NCBI RefSeq assembly: GCF_009914755.1
Contig: NC_060932.1
DNA length: 64,000 bases
DNA from: the human T2T-CHM13v2.0 reference genome, Homo sapiens
Direction: 5' to 3' (one strand)
The notes under the pieces were generated by a model. The model had not been told where the DNA came from, made no database searches, and saw only the letters and a program-made list of their open reading frames with translations. Shown here in pieces: positions 53,285 to 64,000 of this stretch (its first letter is position 1; each line of letters starts with the position of its first letter). The position numbers and the translations under genes were made by a program.

Positions 53285-53844
53285 GACACTTTGGAGATAC
53301 CCAGGGGTGAGTGTGAAGCTGAAGAGTGAGTCTGAAATCTGAGTCTGAAGTATGAACTGAGAGGCATCATCATTTGAGTGCTAATTGAAACCAAGATAAT
53401 GGATGAGAAACACAGAATAAAGAGATCAGTGAGCCAATAATGAAACCTGGACACATTCATATTTACTTGACAGGTAGGAAACAAAGGTATCTGCAGGGGC
53501 AAAAAGAAGGCACGGACATGTTGTTTCAATAAGAATCAAAGCATTTTATGGTTTTTATATATCTACAAATGATTGAGCACTTACTCTGTTCCAGTTCTTT
53601 ACATCAATGTTCCCAAACAGGTTGTTCACAATAGGTGTTTTCATCTGCTTTATACATGAAGAGAATAAGGCTTGGGCATTTTAAATAACCTGAGCAGGAT
53701 CCAAGAGCTGATTAGTCATGAACTCAGAATTTGTCTGAGTCCACCTTTGTCTCATTCCAAAGCTTCAGGTCCTTTTCCTCGTTGCTGTCTTTTTAGCATT
53801 TCAACAAAGGGAGCGTTTGAGGATAGAAGAAATGGTTTAAGATA

Positions 53845-54380
53845 TTATGGCAGGGACTATGAGTTGCCTACTCAAATTCATTGTTACCTTTTATATTTTT
53901 AACAGAATCCTTTTTTTCTTAAGGTGGTGATATGCCAAGTTTTAAAGGATTTTTGTCTTGTCTTTCCTTGCAGATAGGTCTGGCCATGCAACAGAATGCT
54001 GACCAGTGAGATATAAGCAGAAATTGTTGGGTCCAGGAAATCTCCTTTAAAAGATGACTAAGTGGGAAGATATCTTTTGGACTTTTTTTCTCCTTTCCTC
54101 CTCCTTACCTCCAGGCATGTGGACATGATGGCTAGAGCTACAGTCACATTTTTTTTTTTAATACCATGAGGCAAGTCTTTGGATGAAAGTTAAGGGTTAA
54201 GTAAGGAGAAACAGAAGAATCATAGGCACCTGGGCCACTGTTGTTACTACAGAGCTTCTGCACCAGCTCTACCTAAGAAGAATATCTCTTCCTAATCTTA
54301 GTGATATGTAGGAAAAGAACTCTCTATTTGTTTAAGCCATTTTTTTTCCTAGACTCTCTTATAAGCAGCAAAAAAAGTCC
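53845..54380 (+). mobile_element. old MLT1 (J/K-like) LTR
   Basis: 'tctttccttgcagataggtctggccatg...ccagtgagatataagcagaaatt...atgtggacatgatggctagagctacag...tttgtttaagccat'. Confidence 0.65.
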
Positions 54381-55365
54381 CAATGTGGTGGCCCCTTCCC
54401 ATAGCCTCTGAAATGAAAGAAATGGATTAGAGGGCAGAAGTGGATATAGATGAATTTTGGCAGGACAGTTAAGGGACATCAAATTCAATGGTTGCAACTT
54501 TAGGATGAAGTAAAAGGCAGCGTTTACTAAGACTGGGTGTGGCTGGATTTGGAGTAGGGAGGTTTTAAGCACTTTAATGGTGTGCTAAAATGAGATACTG
54601 TACTAACTGCTGATCCAATGTACCTTGCCTACTTTGTGCTGTAACCTGTCTCTGAAAAAAAAAAAAAATGGAATAGCATTTCTCCCATTCTGAACACAGA
54701 GAACATTTGAGTTTTGTCATTGTGCAGACTAATTCCATTTTGGTAACTCATCATGAACCTTTGCAATTTTTTAGTGGCAGTATAATAACCTGCAAGCTGG
54801 TTCAACCTGAAGAATACTCTTCTGTTTTTATACTTCAAAAGAGCTACTAGAACTTACTTGACCTTAAAAAAAAAAAGTCTTCAAAGTGGATCTGGAGGTG
54901 GTCAGACAACAAGGGAAACACAGGGTAAATCTTAGCACTTACCTGAAAGAGCCTCTTCTTGAAAGACAGTGATTGAGATAAGATGATTTCTGGGAAAGAC
55001 TAAGGTTTGCTAATTTTTTTCCCCTTTCTAGGATGTTTAATTAATTTCTTAAGTCAATTTTCAGTGTACCTAGAATAATCAATATTCTCATATTTTTATC
55101 GCTAACTTCTTGGCTACAGTCCCTAAATTCACTGCATCTTGATTTATGCTCAAGTGTGGGTAGTTGTGAGATGAATTTTTATTTTTATCAAGATTTGCTT
55201 TAATTATAAGATCCCATGGTGTTTTCATTTTCATAGCCAGGACTCATATTCACAGGAACATGCCCTTTTAAGAGAAAATGATTTTATTCTTCAAAGTCCT
55301 TTGTTAGTGACAATTCAACCTGAAATTTTAACACATTTTAACTGATGCCACATTGAAATAACATT

Positions 55366-55385
55366 AGAGAGAGAGAGAGAGAGAA
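55366..55385. repeat. (AG)n microsatellite
   Basis: Directly visible. Confidence 0.9.
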
Positions 55386-55704
55386 TCATTGCAAAATATG
55401 CAACATCACTATCAAATAATGATAGTGATGACACACACATATATGCACATGCTGAGACTGAAAAAGATAAATGTTAGGATTACTGGGTTCATCTGACTTT
55501 AATTTTTCAATCTTACTTGTTTGTGTGTCTGTTCTTTCTTGTCCTCTATGAGCTACCAGAGAGCACAGATGATGTCTCAATCATCATTGTGTCCGCAATG
55601 TCAAGAAAGCACAATTCTCATCACATAGCAAGTCCTCCAGAAATGTAAGTTGGGTGAATTATTAAATAACTGATTGAATACATAAAAGATGTCTAACACA
55701 CAAT

Positions 55705-56262
55705 TCCTTCAACAAGCATTTCATGTGCACCTTCCATGGTCTAAGTGTGGCATTAGGCACTGGGAATGGATCAAAGACTAAGAAACCATAGGCTCTACCC
55801 AGAGTTCACATACACATGTGCAAATACATACATATAACACCATATGATAGTACTTCAATACAAGTAATTACCAGGTGAAAAGGGGGATGTAGTAGGAAAC
55901 ACGTGGAAGTCAAATTGTCAGAATTTGGAAGCCAATGGGGTAAAGGAAGTATAAGGAGAATAAAGAGTCCATAACGATTCTGAGATTTGGGCTTAAACTG
56001 GTAGTGACTGGTGGTGCCCTTAACCAACACATGGAATATGAAAGGAAAAGCAAGTATAGGGAGAAAATGCATTGAGTTTTGGACACATTGAAGTTAAAGT
56101 TCCCATGTTAGAGATGCGCAGTAGGAAACAGAATGTGAATCTTCTCTAGAGAGAGGCTGGACTAGAAATACAAAGCACGCCATCATTAACATATAGAAAG
56201 AGGATTTGAAATTGTAGCAATAAAAGAGCTAACCCAGGAGGAACATGTAGAAACTGAGGAGA
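55705..56262 (-). mobile_element. L2 fragments
   Basis: 'ttccttcaacaagcattt...cattaggcactggga', 'ggtggtgccctt...gagttttggacacattgaagtt...gagaggctggactagaaataca'. Confidence 0.7.
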
Positions 56263-57589
56263 AAGCAAAAATGGCATGGCCCCAGTCACACACTCCTCTT
56301 CTGTACATGGATTAGACAGCTACTTATTTCTTCAAATAATGTACCATCCTTAATGATACAAGCATGGCCACCAAACCCACACTGCTCTCTCCTCTCTGAA
56401 TTGTGAATGCCATGATGTTCTAACCAGGTTTCTTACAGATAGGGTGCACGCTTCTTCATGCCTCCACATCTAACACAGCCCTTTGTGCAGATAAGTACTC
56501 AATAAATGCTTGTGGATAAGAATGATGACTACCTGTTTTGACCAGCAGATGATGCAATCTAATAATAGACAAGAGACTTTATCAGGTGGGATGCCAAAAT
56601 CACTGTCCTCTCAAACATCGAACACTTTGTTTACTAAGAAAAAAGAAGTGTTTTGAATTATTCATACTCTGACCTTAGCCACAGCAGCAGAGATGCCATA
56701 AAACAAACCAGACATTTTTTATGAATTTTATAAAAGTTCCCATCTAGGTAGGCCAGTTTTTCCTTAAGATAGGTTTTATTATACAACTTCAAATGCTATA
56801 TGGAAATTCTGTGAGTAAAACTCTTTCTTGTTAACTTATTCAAAAATCCAAACTTAATTAAACCCTCAATCACTTTTCCTGGAATTGAGATGATGAGATG
56901 AGATTTGGTGATCTGTAATTTTTGGAATCTCCTTTCATTTCCTCTGTTTTTTTCCCTCAGTGTGGCATTAGCAATTTTTCCTCCAACCTTCAGGAGAGTT
57001 GCTATTTATAGAGAGAATATATTACATCCTTACTGGCAGTGCAACTATTTCACAGTTTATTTCCCTCAGAATTCTCAGATGAATATCAAGGAATACTAGT
57101 GATTTACTATATTTGGGTTCCTCAAAGTTGCTCAAGAAGTACATCCTTAAAGACTGAGACACATTTGAATTTCCCATAAGGAATATTTGTGCTATAGAAA
57201 TGCAAGTATTTTAGCCTCTACTCACCCAGTTACAACATAATAACAAACAAGATTTTCTCTTTTCAAATGTGGTCTCTTTGGCCATAATTTACAAAATTAA
57301 AATAATAGAAAACATATCTTCATCTTATTTAATGAGATATTCTGTATTTGAAAATCATTTTAGAACCCAAATGTGCAGATCAGTACTCAGTAAATGTGTG
57401 TGGATAAGAAACTCTGAATCTTGTTCAGAGTTCAGACTTGTATTTAGTGTTTAGATGCTATTCTCAAGTTGGCAAGATAAATTCTCTTGACTGTAAGAAC
57501 AATAGCTTCCAGAATACAACAGGGCTCCAACACTTTTACAACAATAGTAACCACTCTTTGCTCAACCTGAATAATGAGCAGATGTGGTT

Positions 57590-58672
57590 TTGTTGTTTGT
57601 ATCTTCCCAGCATCCATTTACTCTTCTTCTGGAAATACCACCTCAATGTGAGAACATTACCCTCATTCCTAGTTTCAGTCCATGTAGTTCAGATGGAGTC
57701 GAATTCACCATTTGGCCTCAGAAATAGGATAACCTAAGATGGGCCAATCAAAGCATTGCATTAGCCTGGCCATAGTGACTAATTTAAGAATGGCACATCA
57801 CCCAAGCCAGACTAATAACTCTCAGTCCTGGTTTATTGTTGGGAATTCCTCTTGACTAGTCTTCAGGATGATCATTTTAAAAGAGGGTAACATAATATCA
57901 CTTGGCTAACTTCCAATAACTTTCATTGTAACAAGGATTAAATCCAAACTCCTTACCATGGTCCATAAAGCTACTATAATCTAATTTCCACCTACCTCAT
58001 TTATCTCATCATTTGTTATTTCTTCATATTCACTTCACTCGATACCTCAAATAGGCTATGTTGCTTCCCATCTCAGGAGCTATGCACTTGTCATTCTTTC
58101 TATTTGCAATATTTTTTCTTGGATCATTCTCTTGCTGTATTTTCCCCATGATCATTTATGTTTTAAGCTAAATGTCTCCTACACAAATAGGCCTTCCTGG
58201 ATGACCAAAAAAAGCATCCATCACATAGTCTTTACTGCATTATCCTGTATTATCTTTTTCATATTAATTTCAGGGTCCCAAATTATTTTACTTGTTCACA
58301 CCTTTATTGTGTCTCTCATTTCACCAGAGTGTAAGCTCTCTGGGGGCAAGCACATTAATTATCTAGTTCATCATTGTATATATCCTGTATTCCCTAAGTA
58401 TCAGGCTTTCAATAATTATTTGCTGACTGATGGAGGAGCTACCTTTTTGCTGTGCTTGCTAACCTAGCAGAATATAAGCCAAGAGCTGCTAATGTCAAAT
58501 TGTCAGCCAACAAGGCCAATGCAGGGGTAAGGAGAGCTGAGAAATGAAGAGAAACAGATTCCCCACCACACAACTGAAGCCAGATATCCAGAGATGTTGT
58601 TTATATAAGCCAGTCATGCTTAATTCACTTTGAGCTAGATTTCTGTCTTTTGTAACCAACAGGAGTCCTGAT
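57590..58672 (+). mobile_element. old MLT1 (K/L-like) LTR pieces flanking an L2 segment (~57880-58430)
   Basis: MLT1 motifs 'ggccaatcaaagcattgcat..cctggccatagtgact' and 'tttgagctagatttctgtc.tttgtaaccaacaggagtcctga'; L2 'aaatccaaactccttaccatgg...tcaataattatttgctga'. Confidence 0.55.
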
Positions 58673-59379
58673 GGAAAAGTATGTAAAAGAACTTGTGGAG
58701 AGCCAAGCACCATACTTATATAAGTGCTGTGTTCTTGGACAATATCCATATTCTGTCACTTACACCACGTATCTTTCCTTTTTTTTCCTGTTTTTGGCCA
58801 AAATTATAGTTAGCTAAAAGGGTTAAATGTCTTATTTAAAGATATTCAGGTAATTTATCAGTGAAAAGTTATTTGAGATTTATCTGCAAAGACAACCCAT
58901 GTATTAAGGTAACCAGAATATTTGACTTTATAGTATGGCAATGGTATTTTTATTGTTGTATTTAGTTGAAAAGGTGAATTGTTTAGTTATCTGTGTATCT
59001 AAGCATGGTAGAATAACTTTACTAGACTTGATCTCCTACTAAAAATAATTATAAATTAAAAAAATAAAATAAATACTCAATAAAAATAGATAAAATATGT
59101 GAGACAACTTTTTAAAGCATTGAACAACAGACAGCACAGTACTGCAATCTTTGAAAGAAGAAAAACACAGAACATAGGGGCCATAATAATATCATGATCA
59201 CTCAGACTTCTCTGCTGCAGACCAGGAAGAAGAAGCTCAAGAAGAATTGGGGTCTCACTAAGATAAGAAGGCAGAAGTTGTAATTACAGATTTCTGATGT
59301 GACTGGAATTTGTAAGGCAGTATATCCGAGAAGCAAGCACTGCAAAGGAATGGTGGGAGTAGGGTAGATAAAAACTGCA

Positions 59380-59640
59380 TTGAGATTCAATAACTGTATA
59401 AAATGTAAATGGACTAATTACTTCCATTAAAAGGCAGAGATTTTCCAGTAAAAACACAAAATCCAAGTATTATCATCTATAAGAAATTTGCTTTTAATAT
59501 GAAAAGAGTCTGAAAATAAAAGGATAGGAAAAAATATACCAAGAAAACAGTAAGTATTAGAAAGTTGGAGAAACCATTTTTAATATTAGGCAAAACAGAC
59601 TTTGAGACAAGGAGTATCACCAGAGATATCCTTAAATTTG
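59380..59640 (+). mobile_element. ancient L1M ORF2 start (endonuclease) fragment
   Basis: 'ataaatgtaaatggactaa..acttccattaaaaggcagagattttc...aaaataaaggataggaaaaaatatacca'. Confidence 0.75.
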
Positions 59641-59844
59641 CAACCATAAGACTTTATATAGCAATATTAAATTTTAATACAAACCCACAAGTTACCTTCT
59701 ATTCTTTCTCCTTTCCATATTTCTAACTTCTTTCTCAGAGTGAGAGACCTGGCTATCATTCTCCACAATACATCACTCATTTTCTCAAACCTACACAGAA
59801 TATGGTTTTAGAATTACTAACAAATACTATTGTGAAAAGCAAGC

Positions 59845-60990
<1,146 letters not shown>

Positions 60991-61034
60991 GATTCAATAC
61001 TGATTGAATAAAGCTCCTTCAACACAAAGGCCAC

Positions 61035-62228
61035 AAAAGTGACACCAGAAGCAATAAGCACACCTATGACTAGTTTCTAAATCACATTCTCCTCTGAAAA
61101 CCAATAGGGTGACTATAGTCAATAGTAGCTTAGTTGTATATTTTAAAATAACTTAAAGAATGTAATTGGATTGTTTGTAACACAAAGGATAAATGCTTGA
61201 GGGGATGGATACTCCCCATTCTCCATGATGTACTTATTTCACATTGCTTGCCTGTATCAAAACAGCTCATGTACTCCATAAATATATATACCTGCTATGT
61301 ACCCACAAAAAATTTAAAAAATAATAACATTTTAAAAACCCAATAGGCCTCTTTGGAGGAAAAGTTGCTTTTAGGGTTTAAATACAAGCTAAGTCTGCAA
61401 CATTTTCCTGCACCAAAAAATTAGAAAGTACTCAGAGATGATGAGGATGTATCAATAGGGCAGGAGAACAAGTTGAAAGGTCCCCCGTGGCCACATCTGG
61501 GTCAAATTAAACTTCACTATAAGTAAATATATAAATGATTACATTTAGTAAAATAAGAATCTATGAGTTCATATTGACATAAATAAATATATAAACCAGG
61601 TCTTCCTTACAGTAGGATGCTATAAGATGCTTTAATGTGGAGAAAATGATGGAGTTTAAAATATCAACACTGGATGCTAAAATTAGTTTCATGAGGAACA
61701 TGTATTTACGTATAAAAGTAATTCCCCACAAATTACTTACAAAGGGGAACATAGACATTTTGCAGTGGAGAAAACTGGAAGACAATACAGTAACCAAATG
61801 ATCAAAGCTAATATCACCAATATTGGAACAAATCAACATCATAGGCCTCCTGATGTGATGCACTGTGGAGGAGGACACAACACTGTGTCTCTAGCGTTCC
61901 TGAGAAAAATACTTAAATTTAATCAGGAAATAAAAATCAAAATTTAGGAACGTTCTGGAAATAACTGGTCTATGATCTTTAAAAAAGTGTCAATGTGTCA
62001 ATGCCAAGAAAGATAAAGAAAAGCTAAAGAACTACTACAGACTAAAGAAGACTAAAGGAGCATGACAAATAAAGGCAATGTGATTCTGGATAGGATCCTT
62101 GGCTGGGGAAGAAAATAGCTATAATAGGTCTGTTGGCAGAAATGATCAAACTTGAATATTATAGTGGATGACGTAAATGGTGTTTTATTAATTCTGAATT
62201 TTCATATTTTAATAATTGCACTACAGTT
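61035..62228 (+). mobile_element. second, older L1M (L1MC5/L1ME-like) 3' region
   Basis: 'ttgcagtggagaaaactggaagaca...aaccaaatgatcaaagctaatatcaccaata..ggaacaaatcaacatcat..gcctcctgatgtgatgcactg'. Confidence 0.7.
61102..61334 (+). mobile_element. 5'-truncated L1MA1/2-like 3' end
   Basis: 'caatagggtgactatagtcaata...cacaaaggataaatgcttgaggggatggatac...tatgtacccacaaaaaatttaaaaa'. Confidence 0.88.
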
Positions 62229-62229
62229 A

Positions 62230-62477
62230 TGTAAAAGAATATCCTTTTTTCTGAATTCTGCCAACAATGTGAGTTTGGAAGTGAATTTTTCCCCAGACCC
62301 TCCCAATAAGAACCTGGCCCATTCGACACTTTGATTTCAGTCCTGTTTGTTGTAAGCAGAGAACCTGGCTGAGCCTGTTCAGATTTCTGACCTACAGAAC
62401 TCCCAGCTAATAAATGGGTGTTGCTTTAAGCCATTAAGGTTGCTATAATTAGTTCTGTGGCAAAATAAAGGAATACA
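62230..62477 (+). mobile_element. MLT1 (D/E-like) LTR 3' part
   Basis: 'ctgaattctgccaacaa..tgagtttggaag...gatttcag...ttctgacctacagaact...aataaatgggtgttgctttaagcca...aataca'. Confidence 0.85.
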
Positions 62478-62501
62478 ATCCCTCACCTACCCATACACAC
62501 T

Positions 62502-62504
<3 letters not shown>

Positions 62505-62532
<28 letters not shown>
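62505..62532. repeat. (CA)14 microsatellite
   Basis: Directly visible. Confidence 0.95.
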
Positions 62533-62534
<2 letters not shown>

Positions 62535-63174
62535 TGCATACATATGCATTGTCACACAAAAAAACCTACCAATAGGGATGAAATATATATCTAATAAAGT
62601 GTTGAAATCAAGATGTAGTTATGGATGAAAATCAAGCCAACAGATAAAAATCGCGGTGGTTAAAACATGGCTCCCTTCAAGACAGATTGTTTCGAATAAC
62701 ATTCAATTTGAGGTGAAATTTCTGTGGTGATAGAAGATAGCTCCCAGAAGGAGAGGAGCCAAGAGCACACATCTCTTCTTGATCCTAAACTCACAAAATA
62801 AGATGTCCTGAGAGCACTTACGATGACACATTCAAAGCTATGCTTGGAACCAGAGACTTTTAGAGAAGGCGAGAGACAGAAAGGAGATGAGTGTAGGAAG
62901 TTTGAATTCAAATGAGAGGCTAATTTAGGCTATGGTCAAATTAGATAAGTAAAAGAAATTTTGATTTATTCTGCATTCTCTTCCCAGGGGTTCAAAATGC
63001 TATCCTAGCTGTTACTGCATTTATCCTCACAATTACCCTGCAGTCATTCATTCCTTCTTAGAAACCTAATTTAAACCAATGTTGGCTGTCCCTTAATCAC
63101 AGGATAAAATCCAAACCTCTTTCAGGTCAAGGAAATTTACACCAAAAGAATTTTACACCAACTTGCCTCTCTAG

Positions 63175-63627
<453 letters not shown>

Positions 63628-64000
63628 TAATCTGCCCTTCCATATGTCCACAAAAATGCTCCTCTCCATATTAACACCCTGAGAAATCCAAATCCTCACT
63701 TATCCTTCATTGATGCAGGCAATAGAAGTTCAGATTTGCATCAGGTCTCCTGTAGAGAGATGGTTCCAAGTATGGAATGAGCTCCCCTTTTCTCCTAAAT
63801 TATTATGCTATCCAGTCTAGATTAGATTGCTACTCACAGCAGGAAAGTGAAAACAAAAGCATTTAGAAAACTAATCTTAACATACTTTGAAGACTGGTAA
63901 AAAAAAATGAATAAATAAAGTAAGCAAACGCATCCAGTAAGAAGACAATATTGGGATAAAGACTTTGGATGGTAAGTTGAGTTTTGATCATTCAATCTTT

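Larger units (their letters stand above)
51220..53480 (-). mobile_element. L2 LINE, interrupted by MLT1 and ERV1 LTRs at 52062-53284
   Basis: 'caacagtcatttcttgagggcctaccaggcacca', 'gagttttaagcaag', 'gagttcagtttgggatat'; L2-like sequence continues after 53285. Confidence 0.7.

Noticed and set aside
52920-53329. Cluster of overlapping ORFs in a GC-rich patch, possible CpG island or gene start
   Set aside because: Lies in the U5 part of an ERV1 LTR; GC-richness explains the lack of stops and CpG density is low.

Overview
This is a primate, most likely human, non-coding window: AT-rich, CpG-depleted and largely made of transposable elements. It contains five AluS copies, an old L1PA-type ORF2 remnant with a younger 5'-inverted (twin-primed) L1PA6/7-like insertion nested inside it, and a full-length two-LTR THE1D-like MaLR provirus with a perfect 5-bp TSD. 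It also contains THE1 and MLT1 solo LTRs, an ERV1 solo LTR, hAT MITEs (MER20, MER5A, MER115-like), and many MIR, L2 and L1M fossils. I recognise no protein-coding gene, rRNA, tRNA or CRISPR array. The only ORFs with recognisable homology are broken L1 ORF2 pieces and Alu- or MaLR-derived frames. I cannot support a new biological system here. The best leads are a near-perfect 34-bp hairpin built on an L2 end (13188-13269), the nested L1 inversion that creates a ~450-bp inverted repeat, the intact THE1D with DUX4-type motifs, and a few splice-site-bounded candidate exons. Subfamily names come from recalled consensus sequences, and boundaries of old repeats are approximate.
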